Source: a virus (lineage: Duplodnaviria; Caudoviricetes). From it: DNA of 64,000 nucleotides. The translations under genes were made by a program, and so were the position numbers. The DNA is taken from the IMG/VR virus record IMGVR_UViG_3300020577_003668, positions 1 to 64,000 of that record; one strand, 5' to 3'. This document shows, in pieces, positions 40,407 through 49,237 of this stretch; position 1 is the first letter of the stretch, and the number at the start of each line of letters is the position of its first letter. The notes below the pieces were generated by a model, which was not told where the DNA came from, ran no database searches, and saw nothing but the letters and a program-made list of their open reading frames with translations.

Positions 40407-41094
40407 TTGATTGCCGCGGTTCTCTTCTCTATAATAGATATATCGGATGGGGAAACACCCTGGAAGTTACCCTCAGTAACCATCTGAATTTCTCTGTTGA
40501 TCCTCAACCTGTTGTGTTATATAATATTTCTTTGAAAGGGAATATATGGCTACCGAAAAGACCGTGAACTACACTGAAGCCCAAACCACCGAACTGGTGC
40601 AGGCCTACGTTGCTACCCCGACTGACGAGACCGTCAAGTCGTTCGCCGAGAAGTTCGGCAAGACCACTCGTTCGATTGTTGCCAAGCTGGCTAAGGAGAA
40701 GGTTTACGTCTCCAAGGCTAAGGAAGCTGGCAAGCGCGATATGCTGAAGAGCGAAATGATCGCGAAGATCGCCGGCCTGGTGGGCCGTAGCGAAGAACAG
40801 CTGGAAAGCCTGGAGAAGGCTACCGGTGTGGCTCTGAAGGCAGTGATCGAGGCGCTGGAAGCGCGCGACGCTGAGATCAAGTCGCTGACCGAAGAAGTCA
40901 CCGCTTGATTAACGGCAGGTGCCAGCCAGGCGGCTGGTTAAATGAACAAGGCCTGAACAGCCTGCCAAAATTTTCACTTGATTTGTGTCCCCGATTTCTA
41001 TATAATAGATATATCGGATGGGAAAGCAGCGACAGACTCCAGCGTGAAGCATTAAAAATTCTGTCTTGATTCGCTGCTCAAATCCCTGTATAAT
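40407..41094 (+). promoter_or_regulatory. Cluster of strong T5-like early promoters
   Basis: TTGAT(T/C)-N17/18-TATAAT near 40407, 40497, 40978 and 41066. The same type recurs near 52373, 53732, 55201, 56760, 57411, 60849 and 63684; several share the leader AGATATATCGGATGGG. Confidence 0.8.
40546..40908 (+). CDS. T5 A2/D3-like DNA-binding protein (paralog)
   Basis: Shares EKxVNYT and FGKTTRSIVAKLAK with 37963-38454. Confidence 0.7.
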   Translation: MATEKTVNYTEAQTTELVQAYVATPTDETVKSFAEKFGKTTRSIVAKLAKEKVYVSKAKEAGKRDMLKSEMIAKIAGLVGRSEEQLESLEKATGVALKAVIEALEARDAEIKSLTEEVTA

Positions 41095-41219
41095 GAATGT
41101 ATGGCCGGCGCATGACCATCGGCAAACGTAGCAGGATGGGCTTGAAGCCACAGCCATTTTATGCCCCGATAGCAGGGGCGCGTAGCCAGCAAGTCGCGCT
41201 GGATGTGATACTAGTATAA

Positions 41220-41329
41220 TGGGTGGACAGCGGTATGTAGGGTTGATACGCCCTCGTAAGCGTCCTTAATTGCCGGGAATTCTAGAGAGGTAGCCTGCAG
41301 CTACAAACCTAGGGCCGAGCGTCAGCCCT
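41220..41329 (+). ncRNA. Unidentified structured RNA, copy 1 of a tandem pair
   Basis: Conserved blocks TGGGTGGACAGCGGT, AAGCGTCCTTAATTGCCGGGAA and GCCGANCGTCAGCCCT separated by variable hairpins. Confidence 0.65.
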
Positions 41330-41344
41330 CACGTAGATTTAATA

Positions 41345-41454
41345 TGGGTGGACAGCGGTGCGCAGTACGGTTCCTCAATCTGTACATAGCAAGCGTCCTT
41401 AATTGCCGGGAAGATGCCAGATCAGAGGCTAGTGCATCGCCGATCGTCAGCCCT
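41345..41454 (+). ncRNA. Unidentified structured RNA, copy 2 of a tandem pair
   Basis: Same three blocks with unrelated hairpin inserts. Confidence 0.65.
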
Positions 41455-41653
41455 TCACAGACTTTCCAAGTGAGCCTAGCAGCTCTATACCTTCGGTAGC
41501 AAATGTTCTATCGGCAACAAACTAATGCTAGGCTCACTTGGGTGGTTTGAGACCAGTATGTATCTGGATAAAAGCTTAATTGTGATTGAAGCTCAGATCA
41601 CAGCCTAGCTCGTTAGTCACTCAGCAAGTCTGTTTTCTACTGAGTCTATTTTT

Positions 41654-41729
41654 GCCCTGTTCGACTTCAGGTTGAGGTCAACGTCCTTTCAAGTCGTGCA
41701 GATGGGTTCGATTCCCATACAGGGTACCA
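41654..41729 (+). tRNA. tRNA-Glu(TTC)
   Basis: Cloverleaf, loop CTTTCAA, T loop TTCGATT, CCA end. Confidence 0.9.
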
Positions 41730-41730
41730 T

Positions 41731-41829
41731 TCCTCTGATGAGTCCATGCAAGTTGGACGAAATCCTAGCGGCCCCAGGCAGGCCTCCTGATCCTTCCCAG
41801 GATCAACCTGCCCGGAGCTAGGATCAGGA
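41731..41829 (+). ncRNA. Type I hammerhead ribozyme
   Basis: CTGATGA 41735-41741, stem II GTCC/GGAC, GAAA 41759-41762, stem III TCCTAGC/GCTAGGA, AUC cleavage triplet 41823-41825, stem I TCCT/AGGA. Confidence 0.85.
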
Positions 41830-42265
41830 TATTCATACATATTGATGCTACGGCTGGCGTATGTACGAAATCTACTCGCGACCCAGAGTATAAATATGGT
41901 TAGTGTGCACACTATAAATGCCGGCCTGTGCCGTGAACACAAGGACCTAATATCCTGCTCGTGGGACTAGGTAGCGATACACGAGCGTTAGCCTACTCAG
42001 TACGGACGCTAGCAGTAGAGGTGAAGTTTAGAAGCCGAATAGGGTGAGAAGCCCTTATTAGAAATAATGTACGCGTGTGTGCATTTATTGCCTTGAATGT
42101 ATAGTTTTGCAAGACTCTACAGCCAACTATTATTTCTAGCAAAATCCTGAGCAGAGGTTTGATCACCCGAGCAATATGGTGGGACACCAGGGCCCTTGCA
42201 CCTGGCTAGTACGAGTAATTTACTATTCCAACGTATCTAGTAACAAAATCGGTGGTACGATTTAC

Positions 42266-42300
42266 AGCCCCTGCAGCAGAAATGCTCAGGGGCTGCTTTC
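42266..42300 (+). terminator. Terminator-like hairpin closing the ncRNA operon
   Basis: AGCCCCTG...CAGGGGCT followed by TTT. Confidence 0.55.
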
Positions 42301-42399
42301 ATTCGCGAGTCTCTTTTCTACGTGCGGCACCCAAATCCGCATAGCGGCGCCAATTTTACAGTGCTAAACCTTGACTGTCAAGAGAGAATTTAGAAACGA

Positions 42400-42780
42400 C
42401 AAAAGCCCTCAACAGCTAAACTGGAGGGCGAGGTAGGGCCTTGAAGGTTTGATAAACTAGCAAGGTATAGGAAGTTATGTGCTGCTTGAGGGTGAGCCAA
42501 CCCAGGTGCGCAGGCAAGAGCCGAAGGCTCAGATTGCGAGGCTAGAGTAATTTAATAAGGCGCTATTTTATAGTTACTAGAATATTCACTGGGGCCATAC
42601 TTTACGTATCATTTCCCACCGGATAGGTTCGATCGAGTTTGCAGTTAATTTAAGGCTTACAGCCACCAGTAACTCTCAATAAGTTATTCCGATCTCTCAG
42701 TATCAATTCTTCAGTCTTGTAGTGATGGTCCTAGAGAAAAAGTCCTCTGGCCAATGGGCCGAACATAAAATCTGTGCGGT
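42400..42780 (-). ncRNA. Candidate ~380-nt non-coding transcript
   Basis: TTGCAA-N17-TATAAT promoter near 42786-42815, no ORF of 60 aa or more, GCCCTC...GAGGGC-TTTT terminator near 42400-42430. Confidence 0.45.
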
Positions 42781-42861
42781 TAATATATTATAACCTAGGG
42801 GCAAAAAAATTGCAAGTTTAAATTTAAAAAGCCACCAAATTTCACAATTTGGTGGCGTTTT

Positions 42862-43167
42862 TCATTTATCAGCCGTTAAAGCGTCTTCTAACAACTTAAG
42901 TACGTTTTTATTGACTTTCTCTAGAGATTCTAGTCGATCAATGTTGACGTTAAGTAATATGGCGAGCCTATCGATGTACTCTTCCTTCTTAATCGGTACC
43001 TCACCGCGTTTGTTGAGGTAGGACTTCTTCTGGTAAACACCTAGGGAGGATAATTTAGCAATTACCGAGCGTACTGGTACGTCTAATTGAGCTGCAAGCT
43101 CCTCGGTTGACGCACCTGCTTGGTAGTCTGTTACCAGTTTGGCAGTTACTTCAGGAGTGTACTTCAT
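42862..43167 (-). CDS. T5 A2/D3-like DNA-binding protein (third paralog)
   Basis: KYTPEVT, RSVIAKLSSLGVY, LESLEKVNK. Confidence 0.65.
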   Translation of the reverse strand: MKYTPEVTAKLVTDYQAGASTEELAAQLDVPVRSVIAKLSSLGVYQKKSYLNKRGEVPIKKEEYIDRLAILLNVNIDRLESLEKVNKNVLKLLEDALTADK

Positions 43168-44138
43168 TACCATGGCAGATTCGCGTCTGTGTACTTAGAA
43201 GCTTTACCACTTGCAATAGGATCCATAGTGATAAGGGGATCAGGCATACTATCCCAGTCCAACGGGTTTAGGATCATATACTTAGTACGGTTGTTAGGGT
43301 GAGCACACCAGGTCTGGCACATCATGATCCTAAGCAGTAGTGGTGTGCCACTTAACGCAGTTCCAGCTGGAGTATACAGTGAGTAAGTAGTCAGGGCGCT
43401 ACGTAAGGTGCCAGCGTCGTTACCTGTCTTAACCTTAAGACTCTCATCACGAATCGCTAGTACCTCATCTACACTAACTTCTGGAAGCGTAGTCAAGGTC
43501 ATAACCTCAGCTAGTCCCTTCTCAGTAATACCGTGAATCTCGCTAGGATCCCAGTCCATGTAAGGCACGTTCTGATAGCGTTTAAAGGCACTCATAATCA
43601 AAGGCACTAGTGAGCAGTAATTACGATGTTTGATATCCGTTTGCTTATCTAGGAAGGTGGACCTAGTGGGGTGCCTACTCAGTAGCCACATACCCATCAT
43701 AGTGTCATTACTCTTAAAGTGGTCTAGAAATAAGTGTTTGGCACTGTATTTGCCAGAGTCGTTCTTACGCAGTTCTAAAGTGCCGATCTTTGCTAGCATC
43801 TGAGATAGGAACCACTCAGCATTCTTCTTCAGCTGATAGTCTGTGGCAAACTTCTCCACTAGTGCAGTCAGTTCCGACCCTAAGCCGGGCCAACCTGCGA
43901 ATCTATTCGCAACCTGGCCTTCTAGATCAAACTCTGAGTAATCACCTTCGTAGCTCCCTTCACCACCGTGGCTAGCATCAATCTGTAGCTTTAGTTTAGC
44001 TAGAAACTCCTGTTTAGCTTGTGCTAGTCGCTCTTGATTGTCAGCCACTAGATCACGGTAATCCCGTCCCAAGTGCTCAAGCGGAATACTTGATAAATCA
44101 GAAATACGTGTGTTGTATACTTTAGTCTTAGAATACAT
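43167..44138 (-). CDS. Conserved T5-like early protein of unknown function
   Basis: LVPLIMSAFKR...PYxxWD and MxQTW...KYMI motifs recalled from T5-like phages, not verified. Confidence 0.6.
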   Translation of the reverse strand: MYSKTKVYNTRISDLSSIPLEHLGRDYRDLVADNQERLAQAKQEFLAKLKLQIDASHGGEGSYEGDYSEFDLEGQVANRFAGWPGLGSELTALVEKFATDYQLKKNAEWFLSQMLAKIGTLELRKNDSGKYSAKHLFLDHFKSNDTMMGMWLLSRHPTRSTFLDKQTDIKHRNYCSLVPLIMSAFKRYQNVPYMDWDPSEIHGITEKGLAEVMTLTTLPEVSVDEVLAIRDESLKVKTGNDAGTLRSALTTYSLYTPAGTALSGTPLLLRIMMCQTWCAHPNNRTKYMILNPLDWDSMPDPLITMDPIASGKASKYTDANLPW

Positions 44139-44431
44139 TAAAATCCCGGAAAAATTGGGTCAGTCGGAGCGGCTCTTAAAGGTAAAAAGCCGTTAAATTC
44201 GGATTATTTCTTAGTAAAAAATTATTTGGGGGTTAAAAAAAAAAAATACGCTCCGCGTTTAGATCACTTGATTAAAATACTCTACGGAGTGGTTTCTCTA
44301 GAACGTGCAAAACAATCAAAACAACGCAGTGGTTTTGTGGTTGTTTAGACGTTCTGAAGAGAACCCCTCCGTAGGTGGAGGGCTATTTATTGTCATTATA
44401 GATATATTATATCACAACTTCCCTGCCGAAG

Positions 44432-44638
44432 TCAAGGTATAATTTTTTCTACCGGGTAATAGCTAGGATCAGCCCTGTCACTCAGTAAATCGGCAATTTC
44501 GTCAGCGATATAGCTGTTGGGCTTCGCATAGTCTAATAAGTGCTCTAGTACCAAGTATACTAGCTTACCAGCCCTAGGAGCAAGGTTAGGGGCCGCGTAC
44601 CCTGCTTCTTGCATCAGCTCGTACAGCTTAGAGTTCAT
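44432..44638 (-). CDS. Hypothetical protein
   Basis: AAGGTGG RBS, 68 aa. Confidence 0.5.
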   Translation of the reverse strand: MNSKLYELMQEAGYAAPNLAPRAGKLVYLVLEHLLDYAKPNSYIADEIADLLSDRADPSYYPVEKIIP

Positions 44639-44753
44639 TTATACCACCTTTTTTACTTACATGCAAACAGGGATAGGCAGGGCAACAATAGTAATCGCAC
44701 TTACCATTGTTGTAAAATCCCAGTAAGAAAAAGTTTAAATATTAGTAGTACAG

Positions 44754-45518
44754 TCATAGTTCAATCACCAGAGGTTCATAGGGTTCCTTACACTCGCCTG
44801 GGTAGCCAACTGGCCGCGCTAGGCAACGTACCTGGCCTACAGTCACATCCACGGCATCGTGAGTATGACCAAATAGCCAAGTCGCGTCATCTAGCGTTGC
44901 TAACCACTCGCCCAGGCTAGAGAAAAAGTACTGGTTTAAGATGCTAGAAGCCACATCCACATTTTTCCAGCGTTCAGAAATACATTCCTGGGCTGGACCA
45001 AAGTGACTGAAGAATACTTGCTTCTTATCACGATCCCTATTCTCATAGGCCGTCTTAAAATACTCTGTATGGTGCTTGTTGATACTTCTAAGATTATAAG
45101 CCGTACCATCGGGAATACGACGGTAGTCTTGAATGAACTTTTGGTACATTAGCTCAGTATGAGGATGACTACCAAAGTCTGTCCACAGCGTGGCACCGTG
45201 GAATTCCACGTCATCGATCACAATACTACCCGGGTTAAGCATACGCACATTGCTGGGCAGCTTGTTAGAGAACTCATGGGCAATATTAAAGCCGTTAAGC
45301 TCTAGACCACCGTAGTACTCGTGGTTGCCTGGACAATACAGAACCTGCTTGTAGTGCCGAGCAAGCATCTTTAGGGTCTGGAGCGTGTTAGTACGCCCCA
45401 CGTTAATGTCGCCAGCGGCGACTAGTACGTCGGCTGGGCGAATGAGAGCCTCAAGCCTTTCAACTTGATCTTCTCTCCAAAATTCGACGTGAATGTCACT
45501 TAATAGTTGAATCTTCAT
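44754..45518 (-). CDS. Calcineurin-like metallophosphoesterase
   Basis: SDIH, AGDI, GNHE, FGHTH motifs. Confidence 0.9.
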   Translation of the reverse strand: MKIQLLSDIHVEFWREDQVERLEALIRPADVLVAAGDINVGRTNTLQTLKMLARHYKQVLYCPGNHEYYGGLELNGFNIAHEFSNKLPSNVRMLNPGSIVIDDVEFHGATLWTDFGSHPHTELMYQKFIQDYRRIPDGTAYNLRSINKHHTEYFKTAYENRDRDKKQVFFSHFGPAQECISERWKNVDVASSILNQYFFSSLGEWLATLDDATWLFGHTHDAVDVTVGQVRCLARPVGYPGECKEPYEPLVIEL

Positions 45519-45841
45519 CTTAGTTGGTACCATACGGTAATTTCTTCGTCTTTTGATATTGGCTGTTTAGAATAGAAGTCTAAATGGCCTTCGGGATTTA
45601 GTTCCATCCTAGCATTTGGTGTTATACTACTATTAGTAAACATAAGTTCATCTGGCGAGCCATAAAAATCTAGATAAACATTGTCCGATATACGTAAAAT
45701 TACATATGGATCCACAACTTTTCTAGCCTCTTCTAGTGTAATACGCTTACCATGCATCTCCCCGATCTTGGTATCCGCAGGTATATCTTCAGTAGCAAAT
45801 ACACCGTTGCCATGAATTGGACTTGGTTTAACTGTTATCAT
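45515..45841 (-). CDS. SET-domain protein
   Basis: SPIHGNGVFATEDI, FTNSSITPNA, ISKDEEITVWY. Confidence 0.85.
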   Translation of the reverse strand: MITVKPSPIHGNGVFATEDIPADTKIGEMHGKRITLEEARKVVDPYVILRISDNVYLDFYGSPDELMFTNSSITPNARMELNPEGHLDFYSKQPISKDEEITVWYQLR

Positions 45842-46085
45842 TTTTCTTAAAAAGGTTAATAATTCTATTTTTCAGAGTAGGTTCCCAGTATTTACCATTA
45901 GGTCCGCAGCCGTATAAAGTAGTCCGCTCCTCTAGCGGAAAAGTATCTTGCAAGGGTACATAGGTACTGCCGTATATCAGGTCCGGGTACTCTCTAGGTA
46001 TTGGCCTTTCACACATATCACGCAGACTACTATGACGTAACAATATACGAGTAGTAAGATGTTTACAATCTTTACACAACTTCAT
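45828..46085 (-). CDS. Small Cys-rich (CxxC) protein
   Basis: MKLCKDCKH...C...R...CGPNGKYW. Confidence 0.6.
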   Translation of the reverse strand: MKLCKDCKHLTTRILLRHSSLRDMCERPIPREYPDLIYGSTYVPLQDTFPLEERTTLYGCGPNGKYWEPTLKNRIINLFKKNDNS

Positions 46086-46293
46086 AATATTTTCCAGTCT
46101 GGCTGCACATATTCTCAGATACTCTAGCGGTAACTGCTGCTACCCTACCTTCATATTTATCAGAGAATAATTTACACAATCCTTTATAGTAATAAGTACA
46201 GTTACTACAGCTTATTAAAGTAATAGGCGTCTTTTCCACACTTTCCATTTGCGCTCCTAGCTCGGCTACATAAAACAAGTTGTGATCTCCCAT
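46072..46293 (-). CDS. Small Cys-rich protein (start uncertain)
   Basis: CSNC...C...R...CSQTGKYY. Confidence 0.45.
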   Translation of the reverse strand: MGDHNLFYVAELGAQMESVEKTPITLISCSNCTYYYKGLCKLFSDKYEGRVAAVTARVSENMCSQTGKYYEVV

Positions 46294-46387
46294 AGACAGG
46301 TTCAGGTGGGTTTACGGATGGATGTGTACAAATAGCTCTGAATAAAGTAGTGTTGTGAAAATGTTTGCAATCTTTACACAATTTCAT
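46205..46387 (-). CDS. Small Cys-rich (CxxC) protein
   Basis: MKLCKDCKH...C...R...CGKDAYYF. Confidence 0.6.
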   Translation of the reverse strand: MKLCKDCKHFHNTTLFRAICTHPSVNPPEPVYGRSQLVLCSRARSANGKCGKDAYYFNKL

Positions 46388-46598
46388 TTAGTGTATACCT
46401 TACAAAGTCATTCTTACCGTTACACCCGCCGAATATTCTCCATGTGGTACGTCTAGTGATCACCAATGGAAAGATGGCCTCTCCCGTGATCCTACTATGA
46501 CCCCTCTCTTTTCTGTAGCAGTACGGTTGTAGGGCAACCGTACCATCCTTGTTACGCTCCACATAGGCACAACGATAGCAAAAATCTCCATCCTTCAT
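46374..46598 (-). CDS. Small Cys-rich protein
   Basis: CYRC...C...R...C. Confidence 0.5.
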   Translation of the reverse strand: MKDGDFCYRCAYVERNKDGTVALQPYCYRKERGHSRITGEAIFPLVITRRTTWRIFGGCNGKNDFVRYTLNEIV

Positions 46599-46610
46599 GA
46601 TATAGTCCTA

Positions 46611-47042
46611 TTATTCATAAAATATATGATTGTTAATTTGAGTTACCTTGTTAAGAGATTTAGACCATTTAGGTCTAATTTTAGTTGTATGGTAGTGAGT
46701 AGCTTCTAATGGGTAGTCTCTACTCATCCAGGCAGCATGCCATGCTACAGCATATGCTCGCTTATCCTTTATACTTCTATCTTTCTTTGTGGTCCAAGAG
46801 AATTGAGCATGTTGATAAACTGTCTCACAAACGGTTGAAGCCCATTTCCCGACACGATTAAGTGTGACTCTAGCCACAGCAATCTGACCTTCAAAAGGTT
46901 CTCCACGAGCTTCATGATACACATTCTCCACTAAACATTTCAATTCTTTTCGATCAAGCCAGGTAATTTTTTGATCGTTCTGCGCCCACCCCGAAAATAG
47001 CGGTAGTGCGACAAGAGCGGTAGCAACTATGAGTTTGCGCAT
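46611..47042 (-). CDS. Cell wall hydrolase, SleB / Hydrolase_2 family
   Basis: Signal-like N-terminus, NVYHEARGE, VTLNRV, QFSW, HIFY. Confidence 0.9.
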   Translation of the reverse strand: MRKLIVATALVALPLFSGWAQNDQKITWLDRKELKCLVENVYHEARGEPFEGQIAVARVTLNRVGKWASTVCETVYQHAQFSWTTKKDRSIKDKRAYAVAWHAAWMSRDYPLEATHYHTTKIRPKWSKSLNKVTQINNHIFYE

Positions 47043-47275
47043 GGTCGAAATCTATCAGCCTCGCTAGTAAGCCATCTGCCATGCACAGCGGGATTTAGAT
47101 TCCTCCACATCCCGTGCTTACGTTGCGAAGCTAGTCCAATAATTGAGTGCTCATTAGCTATTTTCTCTAAGCGCGTAATGTGGGAGGCCACTGTATCCAA
47201 ATACAACCTAGAACGATCAGTAAGTTGGTTCTCTTGAATAACTACTTCAAGTAAAGTTAGCAGTGTATTCTTCAT
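47027..47275 (-). CDS. Hypothetical protein
   Basis: Coupled ORF in the leftward operon. Confidence 0.5.
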   Translation of the reverse strand: MKNTLLTLLEVVIQENQLTDRSRLYLDTVASHITRLEKIANEHSIIGLASQRKHGMWRNLNPAVHGRWLTSEADRFRPCANS

Positions 47276-47501
47276 TCATAACCTTTCTATACTCTTCCAG
47301 GGGGTTCGAGGTATCTAGTACCGTCATCTCCCTAGTTTGTAATTGTTGTAATGTACGGGATGCAGAGTCGTTCAGCGCAGCTAAATGCTGAATTGCTTTA
47401 GCTGCGCGTAACATGACTGCGGTAGGAGTTCTAATACCACTGGGGGTAATAACCGGCTCATTTAATTCTTTAATTAGATTTTGCATATACTGCATTCCCA
47501 T
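47247..47501 (-). CDS. Hypothetical protein
   Basis: First ORF after the leftward promoter near 47515-47543. Confidence 0.5.
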   Translation of the reverse strand: MGMQYMQNLIKELNEPVITPSGIRTPTAVMLRAAKAIQHLAALNDSASRTLQQLQTREMTVLDTSNPLEEYRKVMNEEYTANFT

Positions 47502-47626
47502 AGTTTAATAAAACATTATAGACTGTTTTGGGGAACAAATCAAGTGCAAGTTTTTCAGGTATCGAAAATTTATATTTGCGCGACGATAGCCCACATGCTA
47601 TAATATAAAAAGATCATGGAGGAATA

Positions 47627-47809
47627 ATGCAAGATTATACTAGGCAATTAGAAACGCTCATTATTGATGTGCTACTACCAGTGTACTTAGAGCATGCCCG
47701 CCGTACAGGAGATACAGAAGCCTATAGGAAGATTAATTCCGAACTTCTAGCAGCTATGAAAGCTAAAAAGAAGGTTCCTAGGCTATTGATGAAGGATAGT
47801 TATGGATGA
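47627..47809 (+). CDS. Hypothetical protein
   Basis: GGAGG RBS, promoter near 47576-47604. Confidence 0.55.
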   Translation: MQDYTRQLETLIIDVLLPVYLEHARRTGDTEAYRKINSELLAAMKAKKKVPRLLMKDSYG

Positions 47810-47987
47810 ACCCGACCCAAAGTTTACTAGTAGGAAGTTTGGCTTAACCTGCATAATTATAGTAACCTCTATAACTTTACTAGTATGTAAGATAATTACT
47901 CCAGAGATATATCTTACCCAAACCTCGGCCGCAATGGCTTTGTACTTTGCTAGTAATGTAGCCGAGAAATATATACCAAAAACTTAG
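47802..47987 (+). CDS. Small two-helix membrane protein
   Basis: FTSRKF followed by two hydrophobic segments. Confidence 0.55.
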   Translation: MDEPDPKFTSRKFGLTCIIIVTSITLLVCKIITPEIYLTQTSAAMALYFASNVAEKYIPKT

Positions 47988-48380
47988 CGTGGTGTTTAGT
48001 GTTGACCACGAATGAGGATAGAACCCAAGAAACAACTCAACTACTATAACGTCGATGTATGCCCAACGTCTAGAAGCCGCGGGAGTTTCGATGTGTAAGG
48101 GCGCAAGCAATCTCATTCTAGTGAGTGTGCCCGGACTGGCGACAAGAGTTATGTGAATAAGAGAAATGCTCCGTGACAAACAAGACTCGGACCAGAATAT
48201 CAACATAATACCTGCCACCTATTAGTCCTACAATGCAAAGTAAATCCTATAATGCAAGTGCGAAAGCAGCCAACCGTCGAAGATAACCAGATTGTTCGGT
48301 GCATAGGTTAGTAAAGAGTCTGATGCAATGTTAGACTGATCCCCTTCTCGGGGGATCACTCTAGCAACAACCCACCAACC

Positions 48381-48917
48381 ATGAAAAAGAAAATGAATAA
48401 GTTACGTCGCAAAGAAGATTGGCCGTTCCCACCAGTAGAGCCTAGTGAAGAAGTACATGTAAACCCAGTAGGTAATACCGCTAAGAATTATACGGACGGC
48501 TTTTATGATAGCTCCAATCATCTAAGTATACCAGCATATTTAAAACCAATAGCAACTACTGTATTGCCACCACTAGAAACAGACCCTACGGGCGGATCAC
48601 TCAACGAGCCAGGCAAGAAAGCAGATGCGGGTAAATTGTTGCCATGGTTATTCTTCTCAGGCTTTGCCAATGCACTAGAAAAGGTAGCTGAAGTTACTAC
48701 ATTAGGTGCTAGAAAATATACACCCAATGGTTGGGCCAATGTTCCTAACGGACCCGAGCGCTACATGGAGGCCGCAATGCGTCATCTGATCTATCTTGGA
48801 CAAGGTGAGAAGCTAGATAACGGCAAGGGCGGGATCGGAACGCTGCACAAAGCACAAATTATATGGAATCTTCTAGCCTCCTTAGAGCTAGAACTACGCG
48901 AAGAGAAGAAAACGTGA
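48381..48917 (+). CDS. dATP/dGTP diphosphohydrolase-domain (DUF5664-like) protein
   Basis: KADAGK, VAEVTTLGARKY..NGW, AAMRHL, H......N motifs. Confidence 0.75.
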   Translation: MKKKMNKLRRKEDWPFPPVEPSEEVHVNPVGNTAKNYTDGFYDSSNHLSIPAYLKPIATTVLPPLETDPTGGSLNEPGKKADAGKLLPWLFFSGFANALEKVAEVTTLGARKYTPNGWANVPNGPERYMEAAMRHLIYLGQGEKLDNGKGGIGTLHKAQIIWNLLASLELELREEKKT

Positions 48918-49237
48918 AAATTGAACCAGTGGCCTATAATAATCCTAGAAAGAATAACAATAGGCATCCTAAGATTGAAGCCGTAGCTGTTCTAGATGTG
49001 GATCGTGAACACATGTTCGTGTTACCTCCGCCAAATAGGCATCACCATGTTATACGTGGAATGATGGAAAATGGTATTGTAGCTGGCAAAGAAGGGTTTA
49101 TCACAGACGAGCTGAAATTCGTGGATCGTGAAGTTGCTTTAATCTACGCAATGTCTAACAAGCAATTACGTATTCGCCCCGCTGCAAGTCCTACTGACTA
49201 CGCTGGTAGCGAGTTGTTTAGCGAAGATCTATGGTAA
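48914..49237 (+). CDS. Hypothetical phage protein
   Basis: RHHH...EGFIT...FVDR...LFSEDLW. Confidence 0.6.
   Translation: MKIEPVAYNNPRKNNNRHPKIEAVAVLDVDREHMFVLPPPNRHHHVIRGMMENGIVAGKEGFITDELKFVDREVALIYAMSNKQLRIRPAASPTDYAGSELFSEDLW

Larger units (their letters stand above)
31421..42381 (-). promoter_or_regulatory. Dispersed family of 12 leftward extended -10 promoters, most embedded in hairpins
   Basis: TTG(A/C)CN-N17/18(ending TGN or TG)-TA(T/A/C)AAT ending at 31462, 31681, 32197, 33228, 33792, 35063, 36356, 37682, 38728, 39922, 40213 and 42381. Confidence 0.8.

Noticed and set aside
41320-41340. Theta/HDV-like ribozyme at GCCCTCACGT
   Set aside because: No nested double pseudoknot could be built and it is not at a tRNA 3' end
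44235-44246. Poly-A run as a phase-variation switch
   Set aside because: Intergenic, outside a promoter spacer, and homopolymer length is unreliable
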